Virus record (IMG/VR): IMGVR_UViG_3300005617_000177
DNA length: 64,000 nt
Source of the DNA: an uncultured virus (IMG/VR IMGVR_UViG_3300005617_000177)
Taxonomy: Duplodnaviria; Heunggongvirae; Uroviricota; Caudoviricetes
Reading direction: 5' to 3' (one strand)
Positions within the stretch are counted from its first letter, which is position 1. The number at the start of each line of letters is the position of its first letter. Made by a program: the position numbers and the translations under genes. Below, in pieces: positions 46,880 to 56,286 of the stretch. The notes beneath the pieces were generated by a model. The model had not been told where the DNA came from, ran no database searches, and saw nothing but the letters and a program-made list of their open reading frames with translations.

Positions 46880-47529
46880 CGAATCCTCTTTTTCAGTAAT
46901 AGATTCAAGTCGTAGGCTCTCAGATATGTCTTGAACAACTCCCAGGCTTCGGGCAATTTTCCAAAGTACCGATGCTCGAAATCATCATCGTTCTTGCTGA
47001 ACCGGCAGATGTGGTAGCCTCCAGTCAGTAGTTCTCCTGGACGATTCTCTTCCCACAACGCTTTGTATGCGGCGACCTGGATTGCGTAATCCATATAGAT
47101 GCCGTTGCTGGATTTCCAGTCGAGCAAGCAGAGCAAACCATCGAGCAATCCGATCGCGTCTAGAGTCCCGCCGAATCTGTATCTCTCCGACACCAGCGAG
47201 ACTTCGGTATGCATAATCTTGAGGCGGCTATGACGTTCCCAGGTTCGATATGCTTCGAATGCCGATCTCCCTTTCTCTTCGACTTCTGGAGGAACATTCA
47301 AACTGCCCCACTCTCCTAACGGCTCATTCTTGATGTGGCGTTCGACAAGAGTATGAGCCACAGTACCGGAGTTCGCCGCGCGATCTCTTGTCTCGCGGTA
47401 GTCGAGGCCGGCTTTGCCCTGCTTCCAAGCCCAATTGATCAGGGCGCCGGACTCTTTGAATCGAGATAGAATAGTCGTCACGCTTGGGACGCCAGTTCCA
47501 TCTCTTAATTTGTATTCGTGCAAGGCCAT
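46876..47529 (-). CDS. PD-(D/E)XK exonuclease
   Basis: PSVTTIL, GTVAH, E..L, GGTLD, LDWKS, QVAAY. Confidence 0.82.
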   Translation of the reverse strand: MALHEYKLRDGTGVPSVTTILSRFKESGALINWAWKQGKAGLDYRETRDRAANSGTVAHTLVERHIKNEPLGEWGSLNVPPEVEEKGRSAFEAYRTWERHSRLKIMHTEVSLVSERYRFGGTLDAIGLLDGLLCLLDWKSSNGIYMDYAIQVAAYKALWEENRPGELLTGGYHICRFSKNDDDFEHRYFGKLPEAWELFKTYLRAYDLNLLLKKRIR

Positions 47530-47814
47530 TTACGCGTGAACTTGTCCACATTCAGGGCACGGCGAAGACGAAACAGGATATGCAGCTATGAGCTTCACAG
47601 CCAAATCCATCACAGCTTCTATCTCTTCTTCTGTGCAGTTTGCTGCTGTTAATCTAGCACTGCATGTTTCCACTAAATGCTTGGCGGTTATTTCAAGCTT
47701 CGCTTTCATTTCTTCCAGACTGAACGTGGATTCAGCCAGAAGGTGAAGGGTGGATCCCAAGACATACATATCAAGTGCTGATAAAACGCGAATCGCTTCT
47801 GCTCCTTCTACCAT
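47530..47814 (-). CDS. Hypothetical protein
   Basis: 94 aa, C-terminal CPECG. Confidence 0.5.
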   Translation of the reverse strand: MVEGAEAIRVLSALDMYVLGSTLHLLAESTFSLEEMKAKLEITAKHLVETCSARLTAANCTEEEIEAVMDLAVKLIAAYPVSSSPCPECGQVHA

Positions 47815-47815
47815 A

Positions 47816-49687
47816 CTAACCTCCCCAACTATCGGCTATTTTTGTTTCTGCTATGACAGGAACTTTCCAGATGTATTCCTTCATGCAGTTTACCATTTCT
47901 TTTTCTAGAATCACCGCCACTTCTGGCGCTGCTGCTTCATCACACTCCACTACGATTTCATCAAACGGGGACAATACAATCCTTGCCCAATAAGGCTTAT
48001 TCCAAAAGATTCTAGCCAGACGTCCTAATGCTTTCTTCGCTCCGCTCACTTCGAGCAATGCTGCTACAAAGTTGACGGCCTCTCCCTTTGGAACTGCCCC
48101 TTCCTTGAAGAGGGTAGCCCGACCACCGCGGACTTGGACTTTTCCTTCTCGTTCGGCTTTCTTGTGCTGAAGATTGTGATAGATCTTGACTCCACGGTAT
48201 CTCTTAAAATATCTCTTGATGAACAAATCACATTCTTCATAGGTCTTGTTGATACCGAGACCTTTCAGAAAGGTTTCTCGCAAGCGTTCTGGTCCGCATT
48301 CAAACGCCACAGCGAAGTTCGTTGTCTTGGCCAGGTATCTCTCTGCTTTACTGACTTGTGCTTCTGGCTTTCCAAGAATGACTTCTGCGGTCTGGCGATG
48401 AAGATCAAGACCATTGAGATAAGCCTTGAGCATGACAGGATCGCCTGATTCCTGTGCGATAGCTCTAAGCTGAAGCTGTGAATAGTCGCTTATGACAAAC
48501 TTGCGGCCGGGACCGGGCTTAAAGCAACTGCGGAAATCTCTCTTACTCCGCATGATCGAGTCTTCTTTTGGAACGCCGGGGCCGTAGCTGTCTGGCCTCT
48601 CAACGTTCAAAAGAATCGGCCGACTGGAAGCATAGCGATGTTGTGGGCTTCCTAATTGCCTGAAGTCTGAATGAATCCGTCCGGTAATTGAATCAATCGA
48701 CTCCCCAAATGCCTTAGCATGATCTGAGGCCGTCTTGAGCGATGCTCGATCAACGAATAGATCTACGAGTTCTGGATCCCGATCTCGGTATTTAAGCAGC
48801 ACTCCACCGGATGTAGTGTTCTTCTCGTATTGATCCTTGAGTTCAACACCCCATCGTTTCTTGAAGGCTTCCCATACCTGAACGTGACTTCCAAGGTTGA
48901 TTGCTTCGGCAGGCCCATCCGAGAATAGCGCCGGCTGCATATTGGAAAACTCAGGATATTTTCCAATCTTGACTGTTGCATCATGCCGCTTCTGATCTAT
49001 CTCGTCTTGTAATTCTTTGAGCAAGACTGGATCAGCATAAATCCCCTCGTATCCCATCAAGGCTGTTGCAAGGATACAAGAGTTCTCGGTCATGAACGCT
49101 TCATCCATGCCGTGGAACAGAATTCGTTCGACTAGAACATCAGCCAGTTCGTATAGCCACTCTACGTCTTGCGCTGCATACTCTAACTGTTCTTCAGTCA
49201 GAACTGGAGCATCCCAATTACTGACTTGCTGTTCTTTGGAGATCTTTATATTGCATTCGCGTTCAAGACAAGTTTGAAGAGTGAAGTCTCCCTTCTTAAT
49301 AGTCAGGGCGCCTTCATACTCTCTGAGTAGAAGGGCGGCAAGAAACAGATCGAGAGGATAGGATATGTAGACGCCAAAGTTGTGAATGACGAAGGTGGTA
49401 TCAAAGTCAGCGTTGAAGCACAGCTTCGCAATGTCGTAATTCATCAGAACGGACTTGAGCGGTCCGAAGTTCTGAATCTTAAAACAATCAATCAGGAAGG
49501 TGGTGCCGAGATCCTCGACGGCTATTTGCACTAAGCGCAACTTAGACCGCCGAGGATCTAACCCGGTTGTTTCTGTGTCGAAGCCGACAACCAGAGTCTT
49601 CTGGCTGATCTGCTTCTGCACGATCTGATCACAGCACTCGGCGAGCGCTGCATCAGATTCAATTAATTTCCGGGTTAGCTTAGGCAC
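47816..49687 (-). CDS. polA: Family A DNA polymerase (3'-5' exonuclease + polymerase), divergent
   Basis: Exo I DTETTG, Exo II NADFD, Exo III YAAQD; motif A DYSQLQLR, motif B RYLAKTTNF, motif C PFDE. Confidence 0.88.
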   Translation of the reverse strand: MPKLTRKLIESDAALAECCDQIVQKQISQKTLVVGFDTETTGLDPRRSKLRLVQIAVEDLGTTFLIDCFKIQNFGPLKSVLMNYDIAKLCFNADFDTTFVIHNFGVYISYPLDLFLAALLLREYEGALTIKKGDFTLQTCLERECNIKISKEQQVSNWDAPVLTEEQLEYAAQDVEWLYELADVLVERILFHGMDEAFMTENSCILATALMGYEGIYADPVLLKELQDEIDQKRHDATVKIGKYPEFSNMQPALFSDGPAEAINLGSHVQVWEAFKKRWGVELKDQYEKNTTSGGVLLKYRDRDPELVDLFVDRASLKTASDHAKAFGESIDSITGRIHSDFRQLGSPQHRYASSRPILLNVERPDSYGPGVPKEDSIMRSKRDFRSCFKPGPGRKFVISDYSQLQLRAIAQESGDPVMLKAYLNGLDLHRQTAEVILGKPEAQVSKAERYLAKTTNFAVAFECGPERLRETFLKGLGINKTYEECDLFIKRYFKRYRGVKIYHNLQHKKAEREGKVQVRGGRATLFKEGAVPKGEAVNFVAALLEVSGAKKALGRLARIFWNKPYWARIVLSPFDEIVVECDEAAAPEVAVILEKEMVNCMKEYIWKVPVIAETKIADSWGG

Positions 49688-49694
49688 TTAGAGT

Positions 49695-50663
49695 TTAGAC
49701 TTCTTCTGGTAACTTGAATTTCTCGTTGGCGACCGGACGAACTCGCGCAACAAAGCGCCGTTCTATGAACGCTTCCAACGCAAACTCTGTGCGCCGATAC
49801 ATCTCTAACTGTTCGTTACGAGAATCAACAGAAATCTTTATGAGCCATTCTCGCAGAGCGATAGCTGCTTCATCGCCTTCACCGTATCGACCGGAACTGA
49901 GAACGTCACAGAACCTCGAGAGTTGTTCTCGGTTGACAGAGTAGCTCGCTCTCGCAACAACTGCGCGCGTGCCTGCTTTCGCTCCCGGGGTTCGGCGCGG
50001 TAATAAATCCAGCGAGAGCTTGATCGCCTCTCTGTGTTTGACATAGAACGCAACGCATTCTGTTCTCGTTACGTTTGGTTTCTGCTGATCGATGGAAGCA
50101 ATCATTCGAGCGGCTACGGCGGTAGCGGCGCTCTCTACAGGATGACCTGTTGCCAATGTTGCAACGTCAGCAATGGATCGAGACTTCCCCTGGTCGATCG
50201 CCATCCCTGTGTCTTCCGGTAAATTGATTGTGACTTGACTCGGAAACATTCCGTTGCAGCGAACGCAAGCCAGCAATCTGTGTTGTCCGTCCAGCAAGTG
50301 CCCTTTCCGGTCAAAGGCGATACCCTGATGGGTATACGGCCAGTGGCCGGCTGCCATGTCTGCGCTGTAGCGTTCGACTGTTACTTCTGAAACTTTTCGA
50401 TTGTACCGATTTCGCGAAAGCCATTTGCGGGCTGTCTCTGCGTCAATCATAACGTCGAGGATCTCTCCGATCTCTGCGATGTCTTCACCTTGAACAGACC
50501 GCTGAATCAACTCTTCGGCTTCAATGCCGCTCCAGAATTGGCGCGTGTCCTTTGATGGTTCTGTTGGCTTCTTGACCAGAGCAACCATTCTGGACGCTCG
50601 CCGTACTCCCCTGTCCCTTTTGTCCTTCTGTTGTTCTGGTTGCTTTGATGCCTTCATAGACAC
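49695..50663 (-). CDS. ParB/Srx-like (DGQHR) domain protein
   Basis: NRKVS..VERYSADM..G.W...QGIAFD...LLDGQHRL. Confidence 0.7.
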   Translation of the reverse strand: MSMKASKQPEQQKDKRDRGVRRASRMVALVKKPTEPSKDTRQFWSGIEAEELIQRSVQGEDIAEIGEILDVMIDAETARKWLSRNRYNRKVSEVTVERYSADMAAGHWPYTHQGIAFDRKGHLLDGQHRLLACVRCNGMFPSQVTINLPEDTGMAIDQGKSRSIADVATLATGHPVESAATAVAARMIASIDQQKPNVTRTECVAFYVKHREAIKLSLDLLPRRTPGAKAGTRAVVARASYSVNREQLSRFCDVLSSGRYGEGDEAAIALREWLIKISVDSRNEQLEMYRRTEFALEAFIERRFVARVRPVANEKFKLPEEV

Positions 50664-50687
50664 TCCTTTGTTTTACGAGTAGAACAG

Positions 50688-50716
50688 ATCTTATAGTAAG
50701 TCAGATCCGGAATCAA
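50688..50716 (-). promoter_or_regulatory. Sigma70-like promoter TTGATT-N17-TAAGAT
   Basis: 17-nt spacer; upstream of the ParB-like/PolA genes; followed by ACTCGTAAAACA. Confidence 0.55.
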
Positions 50717-51833
50717 TCCTTTCTTTCCATTTAGAGCCCTCTATCTTTTCGATCCATTCCCAACCGTCAGTATTCAATATGGCATCATCGAATCCATTGC
50801 CTAAAGTCGGGTTCCATTGCAGCACCCACACAGTTACATTCCGTGATAGTAGCTGCGTGACGAGAGAGACTAAAGCCTGTCTGACCCCTTCATTGGTTCG
50901 CCAGTCCGCGTCGAAGGCCAAAGTAATGCTGGCGGCGCCCAATGCCAAACCCAATACTTCTCCGTGGCAGGTGCCGACTCCTGGCATTCCGACTATCGTT
51001 TCCGGTCCTTCCCATAGAGACGCTACAAGATCTGATTTCAACCGTCCTTCGACTACCAGATATTCAAATGTTGTGAATAGGTCACTTCGCATCCAGCGAT
51101 TAGCAAAGTGTAGATGCGGTGTCGCTTTGGTTCCGGTTCTCCGTCTGACATAGTTTATGCCCTCTTCCGAGACGGCTGGTTCCGGAGCCGAAGTCAACCA
51201 ACAATATTTCAATACTTTAGGCTGTTCTTCAAGTGGTTCGTTGTGGCTTTTTCGCACTCGAGCCTTAAAAGCCTGAGTGATTGCGTCGTCTGTATTGATA
51301 ACACAGCCGCTTATAGTTCCATCGGCGTTCCGAACTGGTAACAAGATCCCGCCAGGACCGCTCAGGTGCCACTCTCTGCGGCCGTCAGCGGAATGGGTGT
51401 ACCAGAAACCCGGCACTCCTTCTAAGCTCTCCTGAGCAGCCAGGGCTTCAGCAATCATATCCCTATCGCTGATTTTGGCTGGCAGGGTTGTATATTTGGC
51501 GTCCTTTATGAAATCACCCTCGAATCCGCGCGAGTACAAATAGACTCGATGGCTGTTAGAAAGCACGCCAGTCAATAGTCTGTAATATGCAGAATGCGTG
51601 ATTACGGGGGTAGCGGCGTAGACTGGAGCGATTGCCGCTCCGGGCTGATCATTCAACAAATGGATGTAGCCGGTGCCGAATCCCTGAATTGTTCGGCTTC
51701 CCCGGCTACCAGAGCTCTCGCGAATGCAGGTGACCCATATTGTTCCTGGCTCTTTGGCGCTTTCAATCCAAGTGCAGCCACTAAGACCGGAGCAGATCGG
51801 GCATGGTTTATTCTTCCGTGCTCTGAACCACAT
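50691..51833 (-). CDS. Primase-like protein (Zn finger + DUF3854/TOPRIM)
   Basis: CPICSGLSGC, YLYSRG, GILLPVR, VVEGRLK, GMPGV, LAFDAD, GFDD. Confidence 0.75.
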   Translation of the reverse strand: MWFRARKNKPCPICSGLSGCTWIESAKEPGTIWVTCIRESSGSRGSRTIQGFGTGYIHLLNDQPGAAIAPVYAATPVITHSAYYRLLTGVLSNSHRVYLYSRGFEGDFIKDAKYTTLPAKISDRDMIAEALAAQESLEGVPGFWYTHSADGRREWHLSGPGGILLPVRNADGTISGCVINTDDAITQAFKARVRKSHNEPLEEQPKVLKYCWLTSAPEPAVSEEGINYVRRRTGTKATPHLHFANRWMRSDLFTTFEYLVVEGRLKSDLVASLWEGPETIVGMPGVGTCHGEVLGLALGAASITLAFDADWRTNEGVRQALVSLVTQLLSRNVTVWVLQWNPTLGNGFDDAILNTDGWEWIEKIEGSKWKERIDSGSDLL

Positions 51834-52227
51834 TAGCTTGTCCTGTAGAGCGCACCCACTCTATGTACCCTCTGAAAAATGTGTTTATTGCAATGCGTTT
51901 TCCCTCGTGTTGAATCAGAACTTCAAGGATGGCTACACAGGCAGAGAAGAATAATGGGTCAGTCTCTCCAGCAAATATGATTTCCCATATCGCTTCCGGT
52001 TTTTCTCGCCCGCATAATAGAGAGACGGCTTCTATCCCGGTTCGCCCGCTCAATGTTAGTGCTCGATCGATGTCAAGTGCCTCCCGTCCTATCCAGACAC
52101 AAGCTGTTGGGTGTTGTTCGCTATCACTATGACCAGAGCAGGACTGAAAGGTGCGGATGTTCGCTTTCCAAAGTTGCTCTATGAGAGGCGCAATTGCTGG
52201 ATCGAGTTCACTCAGTTCTGGTTTCAT
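51808..52227 (-). CDS. Hypothetical protein
   Basis: 139 aa, IRTFQSCSGH motif. Confidence 0.55.
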   Translation of the reverse strand: MKPELSELDPAIAPLIEQLWKANIRTFQSCSGHSDSEQHPTACVWIGREALDIDRALTLSGRTGIEAVSLLCGREKPEAIWEIIFAGETDPLFFSACVAILEVLIQHEGKRIAINTFFRGYIEWVRSTGQANVVQSTEE

Positions 52228-52469
52228 TCTCTTGGATCTCCATATTTGGCCTTGAACATATCTGCCGCCATTAGAAACAGCGCCAGTGTAGTTTCGGCAA
52301 AGACGTAGGATCCGTCTTCGAGAGGAATGACGAATGCGACAGAAGGATTGCCGGCTTGTGTTCCACTAGGGAGGGCTGTCAACTTCACATAGTCAACTTG
52401 ATGGATCCTTTTGCCTATCAGTTCCGGCGCCGACCCATCTCCATCCATGATTAGATCGAACTGAGCCAT
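52224..52469 (-). CDS. Hypothetical protein
   Basis: 81 aa, GGAGG SD. Confidence 0.6.
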   Translation of the reverse strand: MAQFDLIMDGDGSAPELIGKRIHQVDYVKLTALPSGTQAGNPSVAFVIPLEDGSYVFAETTLALFLMAADMFKAKYGDPRE

Positions 52470-52477
52470 GTTGCCTC

Positions 52478-52747
52478 CTACCAGGAGTTATAGAATCGAA
52501 TAGTCTTGACGCCCTTCGGAAGGGAGTCGATGTCGATCTCATATCCTTGTCGCATATCATCCTGCCATTCCCTGGGTGTGAGTTTAACTTCGACGCCGGC
52601 CGGATCTGGTCCTTCGCCATCAAAGAAGTCATCTACTTCTGATGGGATTGGCACGCCTGCCACTTCACAAGCGTCGTAGATAGCTTTCATCTTATTCCAC
52701 TTCTCGTCTGGCGGTTTGAATCCGATTACATGTGTGCTCATGCTCAT
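52478..52747 (-). CDS. Hypothetical phage protein
   Basis: 89 aa, AGGAG SD. Confidence 0.6.
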   Translation of the reverse strand: MSMSTHVIGFKPPDEKWNKMKAIYDACEVAGVPIPSEVDDFFDGEGPDPAGVEVKLTPREWQDDMRQGYEIDIDSLPKGVKTIRFYNSW

Positions 52748-52758
52748 AGTAAGTTCTC

Positions 52759-52980
52759 CTATCTTATTTTGAAGGCTAGCTCACGCAGTTTGTGAACGAA
52801 ATCAACGCGATGGATTTCAATCTCTTCTTCTTGAAAGTCTGGTGAATTCACATCCCTTGACATAGTTATGTTTCCTTCGGGATGCAGTTCAAATACCAGA
52901 TCGTGTCCGTTCTCGCTATCCCAATAGTTCAACCATACTTTTGACCCATTTCGGGCTAACTCCATATTGTTCTGACTCAC
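52759..52980 (-). CDS. Hypothetical protein
   Basis: 73 aa, GGAGG SD, GTG start. Confidence 0.55.
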   Translation of the reverse strand: MSQNNMELARNGSKVWLNYWDSENGHDLVFELHPEGNITMSRDVNSPDFQEEEIEIHRVDFVHKLRELAFKIR

Positions 52981-52988
52981 AGGGCCTC

Positions 52989-54578
52989 CTATGAAAAGAA
53001 GGAATCATCTTCTGGTGGTGCGGCTTGTTGTGGTTGTTGTTCGCCATTAGGTCTAGCCTCTTCCAACGTCATGTAAGTCCCGTTGAATAGAAGAGGCACA
53101 TACCATCCCGCTCTGGTATTACGAGATCCTTCCACAGTCCAGCGACCGCGGCGTTGTGGGTTTAGCAATCTTACGAATGGATCCCGACCTGCGGCTTCGC
53201 AGTCAGGACAGATATTATTCACCGGACGTGAATCCCATCGTTCGACCTTGAAGGTCTTCAAAGAATTGCCGACCATGACTTCTCGGGCGATCTTTTGTTC
53301 CGGACAATCGCATTCGAATCGTTCGGGTTCCATACTAATCGTGGTTTTATACGTTGCATCTTTATTTGGCTGTTTGGATCCATAAGCGAATTGATTCGAT
53401 GCTGTTCCATAGATGCGTTGGAATCTGGCGCCTTCGTCGTTGTGTTGCACGACAACGATCATGCCGACATCGAGATAGTTGTATCTCAGACAAATATTAG
53501 CTAATTGCTTGCTGAAGTTCGAAAGTATCTCTTCTTGTTTTCCTTCGCCCTCAACCTTCTGAAAATAATCAATCAAGAATAGACGAACCCCGAATCGGCG
53601 AATGTACCGTTCGATAGTCGGAATAATCTCCCGCGCTGTATTGAGTTCATCGCAAATGTATAGAGGATCTTTGGCTATAGAGTCCCATACTTCCAAGGCC
53701 ATTCTTCGTTCGTATGGCGTCATACGATCGCGCGCACCAATGAGTTTGTTGAAAGGCACAGTCTCGCCAGAGTTCATGGAAATCCGTCGCATATTAATTA
53801 GATCGCGCGACATTTCCATACTGATGATCGCGGCGGGGTATCCGAATCTTGCTGATGCATTAACTAGACTCAAACCCAACTGACTTTTGCATTGTTTGTC
53901 GACGGCACCGATGACGATGTAATCGTTTCCCTTAATGCCGCCAGTTTCTTCATCGAACTGTGAAAATCCTGTAGGAATTCCTATGCGTTCATTGGAACTA
54001 AGGCGATTGATTCGATCTACCACTCTCTCATAGTCATCCATACCGCTGCGCCCTGGCATGTCTGACTGCATAGTCTCAGAACTGGAAACCGTTTCTGCTA
54101 GCTCGAGCAGAACATTCGCACTGGTCGTTGTGCCTTTGGCGAGATCTCCTACAAGCTTCTGCAACTTCTCATTCAGTACTCGCCGATTGGTTCGTTCCTT
54201 AACGATGATGGCTATCTCTGTAGCCGGCGCCGCGAAGACTTTATCGTCGGTTTCTCTAAAAGTGATCAGACCTTCCTTGACCTGAAAAGTCTTTGTGATC
54301 TTATAGAGTCCCTTTTCCCCTCCGATCTTTTCCAGAGCGTTTGTCGCACCAGGGCTGGACGTTCGCTCCAGTCTGTCACGCAGGGACATATAGGTAATAG
54401 TTTGTCCCTCTAAGAGTAGCGTTTCGGCCGCTGCAACGATGAGCCGCAAGCCTCCGTCATAGGACACGAAATCCTTGGAAGTGATGCGTTCCAGTATCAG
54501 GCGAGCGTTCTCTTCCCCTGACAGTAAGAATGCTATGGAAGCCAGTTCGGCTAATTCGTCTTGGATTTCGAAGTCCAT
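52989..54578 (-). CDS. dnaB: DnaB-like replicative helicase, divergent
   Basis: GIPTGFSQFDEETGG, Walker A variant GAVDKQCKS, SMEMS, LIDYFQ, VVQHN. Confidence 0.8.
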   Translation of the reverse strand: MDFEIQDELAELASIAFLLSGEENARLILERITSKDFVSYDGGLRLIVAAAETLLLEGQTITYMSLRDRLERTSSPGATNALEKIGGEKGLYKITKTFQVKEGLITFRETDDKVFAAPATEIAIIVKERTNRRVLNEKLQKLVGDLAKGTTTSANVLLELAETVSSSETMQSDMPGRSGMDDYERVVDRINRLSSNERIGIPTGFSQFDEETGGIKGNDYIVIGAVDKQCKSQLGLSLVNASARFGYPAAIISMEMSRDLINMRRISMNSGETVPFNKLIGARDRMTPYERRMALEVWDSIAKDPLYICDELNTAREIIPTIERYIRRFGVRLFLIDYFQKVEGEGKQEEILSNFSKQLANICLRYNYLDVGMIVVVQHNDEGARFQRIYGTASNQFAYGSKQPNKDATYKTTISMEPERFECDCPEQKIAREVMVGNSLKTFKVERWDSRPVNNICPDCEAAGRDPFVRLLNPQRRGRWTVEGSRNTRAGWYVPLLFNGTYMTLEEARPNGEQQPQQAAPPEDDSFFS

Positions 54579-54766
54579 TTCAGAGCTTGGGTGATTCTAT
54601 CGAAACGGCTTTCAGTCGGCTTAAAGAAGATGCTTACCGAATGACTCCCTCGCTCGCACTTCAAACACAACCAGAATCGTTCATCGGATTCCCGGTAGTG
54701 TGCTGGAGAGTCACAAATGCGACAAACATACCCATCAACGGGTATGAACTCTTCATCTTGTTTCAT
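54551..54766 (-). CDS. Small zinc-finger protein
   Basis: CRIC...CLKC. Confidence 0.5.
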   Translation of the reverse strand: MKQDEEFIPVDGYVCRICDSPAHYRESDERFWLCLKCERGSHSVSIFFKPTESRFDRITQALKWTSKSKTN

Positions 54767-54770
54767 TGAA

Positions 54771-55265
54771 CTACACCCGGGGTTGTAAAGAAGGAACCTC
54801 TACAATTGCCCCGTTGCCCGAAGGATGAATAGGATGCAGGTAGAACTTTCTGAAATGTCTTGCGAAGAGTGTGATCTCGTGTCCGCTCAACCAATCTCCG
54901 GTCGACATCTGAAAGTTCTTGATGACTCGCTCTAGAAATATTTCGTTTGCCTGTGGAAAGGCGGAACGAAACTGAGGAAGCATTTGTCGGAGTGCCGCGC
55001 GGTCTTGCTGCGAAGGCAGTCCATAGTTAGGGAAATAAATCGGCCAGATCCGATAGAAAGCAATCTCAAAAGAATCTTGTTTCTTGATAGTCGGCGCTTG
55101 TACTTTTGCCAGATCTACCAGATGTACACGACTGACTGTATCTAATCGGAGGATCTCAGACTTGAGGATCTCTGCGGCTTTTTCGTGTCCTTCGAGGATC
55201 AAAAGTTCGTGGGCTTTGTAGAGTTTTTTCGTCGCGGCGGTAATTAGAGCTGATATCTCATTCAT
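54771..55265 (-). CDS. Hypothetical protein (replication module)
   Basis: 164 aa, GAGG SD, upstream of helicase. Confidence 0.55.
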   Translation of the reverse strand: MNEISALITAATKKLYKAHELLILEGHEKAAEILKSEILRLDTVSRVHLVDLAKVQAPTIKKQDSFEIAFYRIWPIYFPNYGLPSQQDRAALRQMLPQFRSAFPQANEIFLERVIKNFQMSTGDWLSGHEITLFARHFRKFYLHPIHPSGNGAIVEVPSLQPRV

Positions 55266-55306
55266 AGAAACCTCGTTCTGCGCTCCTACAGTTTACCGTC
55301 GCGTAA

Positions 55307-56224
55307 CTAATTCTCTAACTTTTTAGGTTCTACTCTTTTGAATTCAGCATTAGATTCGACTCGTTTGAATTCTTCGACTGTTTCATCATCGAAGAACTCT
55401 CGATCGAGGGACCACGCTTCGAATAGCATGTCAGCGATGATGCTTCGATCGGATCTGTTTTCGAATTCAGGTTCTTTCTTGCGCCACCATCTACAGAAAC
55501 CAGCAATCGCCCACGAATCCCATAGTTCTGGTGGGGCTATCTCCGGTTCCGTCGCCGATACAGTATTGATCCAGTCCGCGATTTTCTCGCCCTCGGGTCT
55601 GGTGTCTCCCAACTCGGTAGTTCTCTTGTCGAAGTCGTCCAGAATTTCTATGGCCGACTGTGATGCCTGCAAGAACTTGACCTTCTTTGGCTCTACAAAG
55701 ACCCGGCGTTTAAGCGACTCAACCAGAGCTTCGAATTCCTGAATGTTCTTTGTTGTCTGCGCTTCTTTGAGAAGCTGTGTCCGCATTTCCCGATCTATGT
55801 ATCGGATGCAGTAACTCATTTTCAGTAGATAACGGAATGGAATATCTTTAACTTGTTCGAATCCCCACTGTTCTTCGATCAGCATCACCAGAATATTTGC
55901 CTGCTGTGATGCTGTCTTCTGAGATCGGTTGATAGAGAACGATGCTCGTAGGAATCTATAGAGCGCCGTGATCGGATTGGGATCGTCCCATATCTTATAG
56001 TCATCACTTTTCCACGGCTTCTGTTCCAAGCATTCATAGGCAAAGGGAATCGCCGTACGATAGAAGGACTCAATTGTTTTCTGGAGAGACGCTTCCAGTC
56101 TCTCGCTTATGATCCGCCCCTGAACAAATAGCTCACGAGCAGATTTCAAAGTTTCGACTGGTACGGACTCTGGTTCAGACGCAGACTCCGCCGCTGGCTC
56201 TGGAATTAATTGTGTACCTTCCAT
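55307..56224 (-). CDS. Hypothetical protein
   Basis: ~305 aa; ATG at 56224 directly after the 13-bp palindrome. Confidence 0.6.
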   Translation of the reverse strand: MEGTQLIPEPAAESASEPESVPVETLKSARELFVQGRIISERLEASLQKTIESFYRTAIPFAYECLEQKPWKSDDYKIWDDPNPITALYRFLRASFSINRSQKTASQQANILVMLIEEQWGFEQVKDIPFRYLLKMSYCIRYIDREMRTQLLKEAQTTKNIQEFEALVESLKRRVFVEPKKVKFLQASQSAIEILDDFDKRTTELGDTRPEGEKIADWINTVSATEPEIAPPELWDSWAIAGFCRWWRKKEPEFENRSDRSIIADMLFEAWSLDREFFDDETVEEFKRVESNAEFKRVEPKKLEN

Positions 56225-56225
56225 A

Positions 56226-56238
56226 GAAACCAAGTTTC
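56226..56238. repeat. 13-bp quasi-palindrome, copy 4
   Basis: 1 nt before minus-strand ATG 56224. Confidence 0.7.
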
Positions 56239-56241
56239 CAA

Positions 56242-56270
56242 CGCCCCGCTACCAGGATAGCAGCGGGGCG
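56242..56270 (-). terminator. GC-rich hairpin after the SSB-like gene (terminator or processing site)
   Basis: 13-bp stem (incl. G-U) CGCCCCGCTGCTA-TCC-TGGTAGCGGGGCG; no clear U tract. Confidence 0.45.
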
Positions 56271-56286
56271 GTTTGAGTCAGATTAC

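Noticed and set aside
46876..47529. Cas4 of a CRISPR system
   Set aside because: It lacks the Fe-S cysteine set and any CRISPR context; it is better explained as a phage PD-(D/E)XK exonuclease.
49695..50663. DndB/phosphorothioation system because of DGQHR
   Set aside because: No other dnd genes are present; the motif context fits stand-alone phage ParB-like proteins.
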